Part shown: piece after piece, positions 10,901 to 23,281 of the stretch
Position numbering within the stretch: position 1 is the stretch's first letter
Layout: the number at the start of each line of letters is the position of its first letter
Notes under the pieces: model-generated
Database searches by the model: none
Told to the model about the DNA's origin: nothing
The model's input: only the letters and a program-made list of their open reading frames with translations
DNA from: Chromera velia
Lineage: Eukaryota
Reading direction: 5' to 3'
NCBI GenBank assembly: GCA_018398765.1
Contig: JAHBMJ010000193.1
Location: forward strand, 1-53,399
DNA length: 53,399 bases
Made by a program: the position numbers and the translations under genes

Positions 10901-13900
10901 ATGAGTGTGAGTCATTCCGTGCTGGCGATGTTCCAAAGTTTCCAATTGACAAAGATCTGGTAAGAGAGTTTCCTGTCTCCTCCCTTCGCTCTTCCCACTC
11001 TCGATCCTCTCATCTCCACAGGTCATCCATGGCTGCATCAACAAACATCCATCGCCTCACTCTGGAGACGGAGGCGCGGAGATTTGTCCTGTGCAACGTC
11101 GAAAAAGCGTCGCACTCCTACCCACCGGTCCGTCTCTCTGCGTGCCTTGCCCTCCGCTCGATGATCGTACCAGATTTCCGTCCGCTTTCTGTGAATGCAC
11201 CTTATTCTTTTTTGAGCAGTCTCGGTGCCCATCCCTGCGGACAAACATGGATGCGCACTATTCATTGTCTGTACCACTGTCTGCAGAACGGCACCTCCTG
11301 AGTACAAACTTCAATCTCTACTTGCTGAATCCGGCTGAGGAATTCCGCGAAGTGACGCTGGTCAGTTTTCTGCTTTTGGGCTTTTTTGTGACTTCTCAAC
11401 CGAACTGTGTCTCCAGTCTTCGATCGGACACAAAAAAAAAATCGGTTTCAAACAGCGCCCTTCACTTTTGGGTCCATGATCTCTCAACCTTTCTGCATGC
11501 TCTCCGCTCGCTTGGTGTCGAAAATGCCTTCTCTGCTCGATGAAACCTTCATAGGGCTCCGGTTGACCTTTCGTCGCTTCGAAGTGCTTTTGTTCGTTCT
11601 TGCATCTGCTGTGTGAGCACACCGTTGCATTCGACGCCAGCTGCCTTCACTGAAATCAGAATTCGTTTCGTCCTTAGAAAGGTCTCCTTTTTGTGTTTCG
11701 ACACGAATCCCGTTTTGCTCAATATAGACGCTCGCAGTGCTTTCGAGCGCTTCTCTTCAGAAGTCACGCACGAAATTAAGTCAGGCCAGAAATTGCATAA
11801 GGCTGCCTGCGGACCCCTATCAAGAAAATCGTTTCAGTGTTGGTCCCACATTCCAAACACGAGGACATGTAAGAGCTTTTGCCTCATTCATGTGTGCGCA
11901 ATCAAGCAGAATATTCCAGCGTCGGACGGAGACTTCTCCCTCAAAATCAAAAGAGTCAAGGAGGTCACGGCGGGGGCGCCCGGAGACGGAGATGATGTTC
12001 GGAACCTCTTGCAGACAGTGGTGAACCAAGCAGCGAGAGGTGAGTGTGCATCCTCGTGTCAATACGTTTGCCCGTACTTGTTCGCTCATGTCTCGGCCTG
12101 CCTGTCTGTAGGATCTGTCTCTCTCCTTCCGTCCTTTGCCTCTTTCTGTTGTCTGTCCGCCTTCTCTCTATTGGTTTGATGCGTGTCTCTGCGTGTGTGA
12201 TTGTGTGTGTATGTGTATGTGTTTCTCTGTCCCTTTTTTGTGGGAATGCATGTGTCCGTGTGTGCGTGCCTACACTCGATGGATCTCTAAACATCAGCTT
12301 TCCATCCTTGACCCTTGACTCTCCTTTCCTTTTAATTCTCTGCACCGCTGCTTGAGGTCCGGCCGGTCAGATCCGGTTGCTCCCTCCGTCTTTCTCTCAC
12401 GTGAAAGTCCTGGAGCACCACCTGGTCCTGCAAGCACGGCCCGATACGCATGTGCAAAAAAGGACTCCAATAACAAACTACGTATATGCGCACTTCCGAT
12501 TCCTTTTCATTGCCCCTTTACTGCCCTGTCTGTGTGCAGAGGCTGGCCTCCTCGAATTTGAAGGGGGCACGAAGGGGGGCAGGTTTGCGGTTTTAGATAG
12601 AAAGCCACCCAGGACCGAAGAGAGGGGACAGCCAGCAGCAGAAAGATATCCTGTGTCTGAAAACCCGTCTGCCTCCTCATCGTCCTCTACCAAACAGCAA
12701 CAACCCGAAGAAATTTCAGACCCTGGTATCCCGTCGCCCCCTTCCTCTGTCTCCCCTGGGGCTCTTGCTTCAGTCCCTGAGTCACGCAGAAGTGACGTCA
12801 CCTTTCCCGATTCCGGAAAAAGGATGCAGTCAACGTCGCCCTCGAGGCGAGCCTCAGAGAGGGGGAGGAAAGCGGGCAGGGAGAAGAATTGCAAGATCGC
12901 GAGGAGATAGGTGAGGGGAAAGCGAACGATTCCCCTCAACCAATTGAAGGCAGACGGTTTGAGCCGAACCCCGAAGAGCACCCGTTTCTCCGTCTCGACA
13001 GAGCTTTGCACTCGAGTGCATTTCAGGGCCCCCCAAGAACCTGCGTCACGCTTCCTCCCTCCGTCTCACTGGCTGTTCGGGCTGGTGGGAAAGAGTCCCC
13101 GACAGGCTTCTCCGTGTGTGTGGAGACAGGCTTCAAGGCCATAGAGAAGGTACAGATATCTGACCTTCTTGCATCTCTCGATGATGACTCAGAGTCCTGG
13201 TGCAATGACAAGAAGAAATTTTTCGTTGAAGAGCATGTGCGCAAACAGTCCGTACTCTCGACACACTCAGGCCGCGTCGAGAAGTACACAGTGACGGGTA
13301 TCAACGTCGACCTAGATAGCAACACGACGCTGAATCTTCGGGACGGACCCATGATATTGCGAGAGTGGATTGAACAAATGTATCGCATTGTCTTGCAAGA
13401 ACCGTCGCTTCCTCTTGCAACAGTCGAACGGAGACGTCGTGAGATGCTTTTCCCCCCCGAGATGCTCACTGTTCGCATGTACAAACCTGACCACATGCCC
13501 GACATCGTTCGTGCGTGTCGGATGCGACCTCTCAGAAAATGGCAGCAGAAGGCAGAGACGCTCGACCAGATATTGTGCTCCTCGACAGGTGCAGAGGTCG
13601 GTTCAAGGGTCGGTTCGGGGGGGAATCCGAGAGAGAAGATTTTTTTTTATCCAGGACAGAAGTGTCACTTGGTGTATCTGAAGATAGCGATAACTTTCCG
13701 GTAGAGAATTGGATTGAAATGAAAAATGAAGTGACGACCGTTGCGTTGAGGGCTGACGGGCCTTTGGTCATCAGGTCTGCATGACCTAGGAGGTTTGCAC
13801 GTCCCCGGAATGTTATCTGGCCACCATCCATTTCTCTGAGTCTGCTTCTCTTCCTCTCCACCGTTTCGCTCTCTGTATGTCTTCCTGTGTGTGCGCAGAT

Positions 13901-16196
13901 GCTTCAACGATGGGGTGTGATGATTGATCGAGAAGAGAGCCTCTGCACACAGAGAAAGGTGCGGGTGTCTCTGCAGGGGGGAGAAGCGTGTAAAGGTCAG
14001 TGCCAAGCCTCATTTTTCTTTTGCTTGAATCCCCACAATCGTCCAAGAGCTCTCTCCAAGAGTTTTGCTAGAGACTGTTCCATCCGTCAGAAGCATCCAT
14101 GAGAGAGAAAGCCAATCTGTATGCTTTGTAGGTTGCTCTTTCAGAAATCATGTCTGTCTAATTCTGTCTATATCGAGTGCCTTTGTTGGTTGCTCACTTT
14201 TTGTGTCCACTATGGTGTCTTCTCGCTGCAGCGGGCAGCAAAGGCGCTCCCCTGGGGGGACAGAAATCCCTCTTTCAGCAATGGGTGCTGGTCACGTACC
14301 CCCACCATGGGCGTCTTGCAGAAAGGCTTCTTGGAGGTCTCAGGGAGGAGTGCAGAAGAAGGGGCACAGCTTTTCAAGAGCCCCATCGGATCGCCCTGGA
14401 TTTAGGACATGCTGATGACATGTCTAAGCGTCTCTGTGAAGACATTCTCCTGCTCCCGCACCGCCCTCAGATCATCCTCGTTGTTCTCCCCTGCACTCCT
14501 CCACCAAATTGTTCTTCCGACCACCCCAGCAGAGATACGGTTTACTTTTACGTAAAGCAGACCGTCCAGGACTCGCCTCGGATCAACTGCCCTGTGCAGT
14601 GCGTGAGGGCGTCGAAACTCTCAGACGATGGAAAATTCAGGAAGCTTCTCCCTGTTCTCGTGAACGACCTAATTGCCAAACAGGTGTGCCTGACCTCCGT
14701 ACTTTCTTTCCATATTGCCTTCTTTATTTCACGTCACTTCATTTTCGATACGTTCTTGTGCCTTTGCTCCGTAGTGTTTGATCTCGGAGACGTACCTGCT
14801 CTGACTCATGATGCCTCATTTCCCCCCCTCTACTCAAAACGTGTCTTTCTTTGCCGGTGCCTGTCAACTTTCTTCCTTCCTTCGCTCTGTGTTTGTCACG
14901 TCCTTCCAACTCATTTGTCTTTATTTATTCTCTGGACACTAATGATGTGTCTTTGTGTTGCCAGTCGGTTAGGTGCAATCGAAAGAGATTTATTTCACTC
15001 CTTCTTGAGTTTTTTCAGGAAGTATCTTTCCATCCCGGCTATCGTTTCTGCTTCGCTGCTTCCATGGTTTCCTTTCTGCTACCAGTCTTCTGTCTCTCAT
15101 GTTCCATCCTGTGCAACATCTCTCCCCCATGTTTATTGTCGACTGAGGTTTTCTTGCCGCTCTTGATTTTGATATTGACGGTTTGCTCTCATTTGCGCAG
15201 TCTTCTGTATTCTTTCTGTCCTTCTCCTTGATCTCACTGTGCAGGGCGGCGTTTTGTATGCCGAAGCTGAGATAAACCAGAGAGCCGAGGACTTCATGAC
15301 GTTGGTTGTCGGCGTGGACTTCAGGGTAGACGGTGGGGGGCCCGCTGTTTCTTTTACAGCCACACGCTCCCCCGCGTTCACCCAATACGTTTTCGATTCC
15401 CATGTAGTGAAGGGAGACATCGGGGGAATTAAATCAAGCTTCAGGGAGTTTCTCGTTCGGATACTTTCATTCAAGGGAAAAGGCAGTCTGACGGGAGGGA
15501 AACTCCCCAAACGCATAGTCGTCTTTCGGGGCGGGTTGAATGTGTCAGAGAGCGAGAAGCAGCTTATGTTGTTTCGAGAAGTTGTGGATGTCAGTGACGC
15601 GATAGAAGAAGTACACTCATCCACTGCCATCTCGAAGGTGCAGGTCGCGCTTGCAGTGGTGACAAGAGGCGTGAAGGAGCGTTTTGCAGTAGTGAAAGAC
15701 GGAATCGCAGAGGGGGGGGGAAGTCGTGCCTGGAAAGGAGGGGAACTGGGAGGCTTTGACAGTTTTCAGTGGGCACGGCTTCAGAAGGAGCGGTTTTGAC
15801 GGCTGGTCCGCGTTAGAGACCATTCGCAGTCGTTACCGCCAACGGCACGGAGAAAAGTGGGATGAAAGGAATGAAGGGAAGTGGGATTGGGGGTCTTACG
15901 ATTTTTTCATTTCCCACCCATGTCCTTCCTCAGGCACCGCCAGCCCCCCCACAAGGTATGACGTCCTCTGGTGGAATCCCGACAAGTCGTCGCAAGCCTC
16001 CATTAGCCCAGACTGGTTGCAGGACCTTGCCGCCCGCCTCTCTGTCGTGTATCAGGGAAGCAGGACTCCTGTGCGTCTGCCTGCACCGCTACTGCTTGCC
16101 AAAAAACAGCTCGAATTGTTCTGTCGTTTGAAGCCACTCAGACTCGGGTGGCCCTCACCTACATTCGAGCAGCTCACCCTCCCCTTCTGCCTTTGA
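10901..16196 (+). CDS. Highly divergent Argonaute/Piwi-family protein (N-L1-PAZ-L2-MID-PIWI), multi-exon, predicted non-slicing; reading-frame break at G9 run 15712-15720
   Basis: Exons by eye: 10901-10959 (or start at 11029), 11022-11127, ~11287-11360, ~11911-12039, ~12540-12725, ~12830-13590, ~13899-13958, ~14232-14683, 15245-16196. N: STNIHRL, FSLKIKRV. PAZ: VLSTHSGRVEKYTVTGI..ILREWIEQMYRIVLQEPSLPL..FPPEML. L2: LQRWGVMID. MID: IILVVLP..VYFYVK..PVQCV..LIAKQ|GG. PIWI: TLVVGVD, LPKRIVVFRGG, ERF, YDFFI, GTASPPTRY, LQDLAARLS, PVRLPAPL. Confidence 0.88.
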
Positions 16197-18443
16197 CCTT
16201 CTGCCTTTGACAATGATGAGACGTTAGTCAAGAATGATGTCCGTATCTCTCTCGTGAGTGCATGCTCTGGGTTCCCGTTGTTCGGTCAGTCATTCTCTCT
16301 ACCGTTCTATGCCCCTTGTTCTGTCATTCTCTCTACCTTTCTATCTATGCGCCTCGCTCTCAACCAAGAAGGTGGGCCGGAGAAAAAGCGGAGGACTGTC
16401 AGCTTGCTGGAAGTAAAGCAGAGGAGCAGAGTAATGCTTGCAAGGTAGAGATGCTTCCTTCATGCGTGTCGTTGAGTTGGGGTGTGTGAGGTGCTCCAGC
16501 CGAATCATCGGCGACTCCGTCTTAACTTCGCTGCAGTGCGGGGTCTCGGTAGGGATTTCGTCCCCTCCCTGCATGCTTGTTGAAGAGAATCTGCGGAGCC
16601 GCAATAGAACAGAGAAAAAACGAAAGAGAAGAAGGAAAGGCATGAAAGTGGTGACGTTTGATGGCGAACCAGCGAAAAAGAGGCAACCAGCAAAAAGATG
16701 GACCAAGGTGAACACAGACAAGGAGACGACCGAAAGAAAAGAAGAAAGAAAGTAAAAGGAAAGAAAATGAATGGACAAACGGGAAGAGAGAAAGCGGATG
16801 ATGATGCCACCTGTTGACATGTGAATTGCACAGGGTCGGAAATAGAGTTTCTTATCATTTCAATATTTTGAAGGGCGGCTCGGCGTGATTCCGGAGAGAG
16901 AGAGAGAGAGAGAGCTAGTATGAGTGTTGTTGGTTTCGTAAAGTAGCAGGTCCAATTTCTTCGTTCTTCTATGATTGTGATGGGGTGTCTTCTGTCCGAG
17001 CTTTTTTGTGGCTGTCGCCCCCCCCCCCCCCTTCTCTTGTACCTTACTATTTAAGACAGAGAAAGGACTATACATGTTTTCATTCGCTTCGCTTCAAAGT
17101 GGTTCTCTTCAAAATGGGTCATTTTTTTCCGTTCACCTTGCATCCTTCTCGAGACCGTGTTTCCTTTTCTTTCACGAGGAGAAGAGAGAGAAAAGGTGCT
17201 CGCAATTGCAGGTTTGTGAGCACGATCGGAACAGAGGCTAGCACCAAGTCCGAACGATTAAAGAAGTCACCGCAGGTCTGTTCGACTCTGTGAATGCGTC
17301 ATTGCCATTTGATGCGTGAATCAGGGGGCCAGGCGTCAACTAAGAAAACGCGCTCCCCTTCCTTTCGGTGTTCTGTTCTATTCTTCATACTAAGTTCATG
17401 CTTTCTTTCAGTATAACCACAAGACATCTCGGCAGGCGTCCGAGCCTGAGTGAATCAGTGTATCATGATGTTTGTCTGTCGCTACCGTGCATGAGTGTGC
17501 ACAAGACACAGAAAAAACAGAATTTGATGCATTGAATTTCGCCAAGAATTGATCAATTTAAATAGATAAACATTTCAAGTTCAATCAGTATCTATAGATC
17601 AGTATACTAGTGACTACGTTGGAATTTGTTAGAATCTAGGTGAGAAAAGTTTACTTATCCAATGGAATCATTGATGAATATTGATTACCAAATTTTAGGT
17701 TAAAAGTGACACTAGAAGTGACAACAATTAAATAAAAAAAAAGTAAATGTTAACACTGTACTAGACACTGTACTAAAACATAAATGTCATTGTCACTCAT
17801 TCACACTTAGTGTCATTCCAAGCTATTTGAGTTAATAATTTGACTATAGATTCTAAGCTTATTAGTAAATGTCAACACTGACATTTGTTGCCTGTGATTA
17901 CCTATGATATCTAATAACTCTAGTTACTAGCAGCCTACATGTTGGATATATTGCTAAATAGCCAATCATGTATCGATCATGTATGATTGCAACACTATAA
18001 AACAACAATTAATTCTACAACAGAACGTCTAGACAGAACTTTTTTTTTTTAGTGTGCATGGTCTTAAACAATTACTGGCATTATCGAAAACCGATAGTTA
18101 CTATTGGATGTTGATATTAAATGATTAGCATTGATTACTCATTTCAGCTTTAAGTTAACCCACTGATGTATTTTTTTTTTAATATAACAAATTACGCTTT
18201 TATTATGCTACCTGTAGATTGATTATAAATTCAATCTCATTTTTTTTATCATCAGTTGTAGGGAAACTTTTGTAAAGCATGTACGTGGAAACTCTAGGTG
18301 GAAACTGCACATTACTACGAACGCTTTCCCTCCTTCGAACCCTCGCCCCTTGTTTCCCCCCCTCAAATTGTAGTTTCATGGACCCGTTTAAGTGTAGATT
18401 TAAGTTCCGGTACAGGCTGCCCCTCCGCCAATGGACCAACGCG

Positions 18444-19535
18444 TCATCCAATTCTCCGTTGCTTTTCAGGGGGGCCCTGCAAACGAAGAAGCAAGAGACA
18501 AGAGGAAAAGACAACACGATAGAGGGGACAACACTGAGAAAACTGGGCACTTAGAAACGACTCCCGTTCCGATGCCCTTGGTTTCCCTTTGCTTCATGTC
18601 AGCGACAGATAGTCAGAAAGACAGTCAGACAGATGACACTTGAAAAGATTTTCTTCTCTCTTTCCTCTTGTCTCTCTGCTTCACATCCCCCNNNNNNNNN
18701 NNGCGCATCTCTTCAATGAAAGTATGCACTCACATACTCTGTCTACCCACCTACCTTGTACGCCTCTTGCGTCTTCATGAAACCGCATGCGCATCTCTTC
18801 AATGAAAGTATGCACTCACATACTCTGTCTACCCACCTACCTTGTACGCCTCTTGCGTCTTCATGAAACCGCACGCGCATCTCTTCAATGAAAGTATGCA
18901 CTCACATACTCTGTCTACCCACCTACCTTGTACGCCTCTTGCGTCTTCATGAAACCGCATGCGCATCTCTTCAAGCCACACCGGGGGCACTTGTCGGTCT
19001 GCTGAAGGAGTTTGTCGCCCTCCGGCACCTGCAGAAAGAAGACGTGAATAGATAGATAGGCATCAGAGAGAAAACAAAGGACGGACAGAAAATTTCGGAT
19101 TCAAGTGCAATTCACCTTTTCCATGTGTTTCAATTTTTCATCTTCAAATACTGCCTGCTGGAAAAAAGCTGAATTCTCTAGGCCTTCTCCTTTCCCGACT
19201 TCCTTCCTTCCTGAATGCCGAGAGCACCTGCAAGGAAGGCAGTGGAATTCAATCAAGAAGAGGGTGCTCTGATGTGTTGCGGGACAGGGCGGCGGGCGGG
19301 GTACCTGAAAGGCCTGTCTACAATTCACGGAAGACATCAGAGGCAACTGGTCGAAACCGAAACAAGAAGGACAAAAGAAGATAGGACAAAGGACAAAGGA
19401 AAGAGAAACATAGACTCCTTTTCTGTGAGGCTCTTGTAAGAAAGTGTTGAAGCCATGAAGCCAATCCGTCAGTCACGATGTTCCTTTCCCCTCACCCCCC
19501 TCTCTTTCACGCGTTCACGCACGCACGCACGCACA

Positions 19536-19601
<66 letters not shown>

Positions 19602-21602
19602 AATGTCGACAGCGAGACAGGCCAACCACACTTCTACATGGACAAAAAGATGAATGAATGAACGAACGAACGAACGAACGAACGAAGGAATAAATAAATG
19701 AACGAATGAATGAATGAATGAATGAATGAACGAACGAATGAATGAATGAACGAACGAACGAAGGAATAAATAAATGAATGAAGGAACGAATGAATGAATG
19801 AATGAATGAATGAATGAACGAATGAATGAACGAATGAATGAATGAACGAACGAAGGAATAAATAAATGAATGAAGGAACGAATGAATGAATGAATAAATG
19901 AACGAATGAATGAATGAACGAACGAACGAAGGAATAAATAAATGAATGAAGGAACGAATGAATGAATGAATGAACGAACGAATGAATGAATGAATGAATG
20001 AACGAACGAAGGAATAAATAAATGAATGAAGGAACGAATGAATGAATGAATGAATGAATGAATGAATGGATGAATGAATGAATGAACGAACGAATGAATG
20101 AACGAATGAATGAATGAACGAACGAAGGAATAAATAAATGAAGGAACGAATGAATGAATGAATGAATGGATGAATGAATGAATGAACGAACGAATGAATG
20201 AACGAATGAATGAATGAACGAACGAAGGAATAAATAAATGAATGAAGGAACGAATGAATGAATGAATGAATGAATGAATGGATGAATGAATGAATGAACG
20301 AACGAATGAATGAACGAACGAAGGAATAAATAAATGAATGAAGGAACGAATGAATGAATGGATGAATGAATGAATGAACGAACGAATGAATGAACGAATG
20401 AATGAATGAATGAATGAACGAACGAAGGAATAAACAAATGAATGAAGGAACGAACGAATGAATGAATGAATGAATGAATGAATGAACGAATGAATGAATG
20501 AACGAACGAAGGAATAAATAAATGAATGAAGGAACGAATGAATGAATGAATGAACGAACGAATGAATGAATGAATGAATGAATGAACGAACGAAGGAATA
20601 AATAAATGAATGAAGGAACGAATGAATGAATGAATGAATGAACGAATGAATGAACGAATGAATGAACGAATGAATGAATGAACGAACGAAGGAATAAATA
20701 AATGAATGAATGAACGAATGAATGAATGAATGGATGAATGAATGAACGAACGAATGAATGAATGAATGAACGAACGAAGGAATAAATAAATGAATGAAGG
20801 AACGAATGAATGAATGAACGAATGAATGAATGAATGAATGAATGAACGAACGAATGAGTGCACGAACCTCCCCCGAGAAGTCCAGCATCTGTTGCGGCTG
20901 CGTCTTTTGATATGCACTCGTCACGAGGCCTCCCCCTTCTCCAGCCCCTGCAGAGAGGGCACGAATTCATGGACGGGAGCGGTGGTTGGTTCAGCGACAA
21001 ACAGAAGAAAAAACCCATAATCTGACCATTGCTCCGAAGAGATAGGAGACTGCAGTGATCTCAACTGAGCCCCCGTGAAGCAATGCAAGCAGGCCAATGG
21101 CTGCGCAACGAATCCACCAATCAAGCAAAGCGCGGCATCAACTGTCGCGCTGAAGCTCTGCCTGCTGAGCTGGGCCATCTGAATATTTTTGTAGACGCGC
21201 GCTCAAGTGCACTGGTTCGGTTCTCAGAAAGAAAAAGCAGACGAACATGAAACCCTGGAAAGGTGCGTGCATCATTTCGGATCGGAGTGAATGGATCAGT
21301 GGAGACCTACATAGCTCTAATGCAAGCTCCTTTCCCCCACTCCCTCTTTTGTCCTGTCTCTTCCTCTCTTCTTCCCCATACGAATACACTGCATTCAACG
21401 CGGCTTCCCTTTTTTTGACAGAAACACTGGACAGGAGGACGGGAAATGCCACACAAACCGACACACAAACCACCTGCTCATTCGCCTGCCTACCTGTCTG
21501 CCTGCCTCACAGACTGACTGTCGATCTGCTGCTGATAGCTCCGCAGGACCTCCACTGGGTCTTCCTCTGCACACACAAATAGACAGACAGACAGACAGAC
21601 AG

Positions 21603-21677
<75 letters not shown>

Positions 21678-23243
21678 GCGGAGTTGAAAGCAGAGCATCT
21701 TTATTTCGGTGATTCGCTCGATTCCCTTTTTGCTCCTCATTTTCCTTTTGGTACTCGTCTCGAAGCATCATCAGCTACGAACAATTCCAGAGACTTCTGT
21801 AGTTTGCTCGAGGCTCATGTAAAATAAAAGTACAGGCGCTGTCTTTTTCCTCCGTTCATGTTGGCACACGTCTGATGCTTCAGGCCGTCGAACACCTTTC
21901 TGACCGATCTATATACTTGCTAACGTCGTACCTGGCATGGAAACAAGATCATGCCTTCTCTTGCGACTACTTTCGTGTAAAATCTGCTGCTATGGAAATG
22001 CTGACCCTTGAAGTTCTTCTTCTGATTCAACTGCTGGGCGATGTACTCCGAGAACCCCCCGTACTGGCTCTTCATCCCGTCCGCCCCCTGCTTGCCCTGG
22101 GGGGGAGGGGGCACGATCGTCTTCTGGCCCGCGTTCTTGTCTACCCGCGCTCTGCAGGGATGTGCATGAGGATCGGCAAGGATGAATGGGCATTCATGAA
22201 GCGAGAAACAACTTTAGTAGACCTTGTGACTGAGCAAGTGTGGAGGTGCACATAAATGGGAGAGAAGAATGAAAGAAAAGAATAAGAAACCAGCCGGGCA
22301 GACCACATGACGTCATTGACCCTCGGAGGAGAGGTTGGGAGAGAGAGAGAGAAAGACCTACAGATCAAAATGCACTTTTCTTTTAATCGCTGTTTGCCAC
22401 TCTGCATGCCTCCACGTTCCCTTTCCCCTTCTTCTCAGATGCACAAGAGAGAAAACAAATACTCACCGACTGCTTGACTGACTGACTGGACTGACTGACT
22501 GACTTGCGAAGCATCCCGCTCCTGGTCTCTTTGTATCCCGTTTGGGCCCTCAGCTCCTCCGGGTTGAACGCGGGGGCCTCGAATCCCCACATCTGCATAC
22601 ATCCATGCAGGCAGACAGGCAGGCAAGCAGGCGAGACGAGAAGAGAGAAAAGTTACATGCAAATCTGTTGCACAGACGCGCGCACGTTGCAAAGCAAAGT
22701 AAGTTCCTCAGGGCACAACACAGTGATTCAGTCAATCACCCGCCCCATCGTTCCGCTCCATATTACTGATTCAGTCAATCACTCGCCCGTTCGTTCCGCT
22801 CCATATTCAATGAGCAGGTGACTGACTATGCAAGCAAAGCAGGCGGTCAGTCAGCCTGAATCAGACAAAAGCCGAAAAGCAAAAAAGAGACAGATGGGCC
22901 GTCGGGAAAATTCTGCCTACTCACCTCGTCTCTCCTCTGTGCAGCTCGGACGTTGACAAACAACAGGGCCCCTGCAACAGCAACAGTGTCACCCAAAAAG
23001 AACATCTCATGCTGTTACATGCGATTTCCACCTCAAGGGCCATGCACAAGTTGATATGAATATGCACATGCATCTGAAGATCCCCGTACTGGCAGACAGG
23101 GGAGAGCCTGGGATGGGCTTCTGTAAGGGAGCACGTCAGTCCAAGTTTAGAAAGAGATAACAGTTTACTAGGATAGGAGCGATTCGTCCTCGCGCGATCT
23201 CCTGGCCACTTCTTCTTTCTGCTATTTTCTTCCCAAAATCATT

Positions 23244-23281
<38 letters not shown>

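Noticed and set aside
12889..16196. ORFs 12889, 14177, 15239 and 15726 as separate genes (prokaryote-style split Argonaute system)
   Set aside because: They are exons of one eukaryotic Ago joined by GT-AG introns. No operon or effector partner is present.
16254..17293. Lys/Arg-rich short ORFs downstream of Argonaute
   Set aside because: They reflect purine-rich low-complexity sequence, with no recognisable domain or convincing gene structure.
19507..21018. Three long FIHS-repeat ORFs (427-503 aa)
   Set aside because: These are translations of the (ATTC)n microsatellite. Only the short WDR70 exon at ~20869-20948 looks coding.
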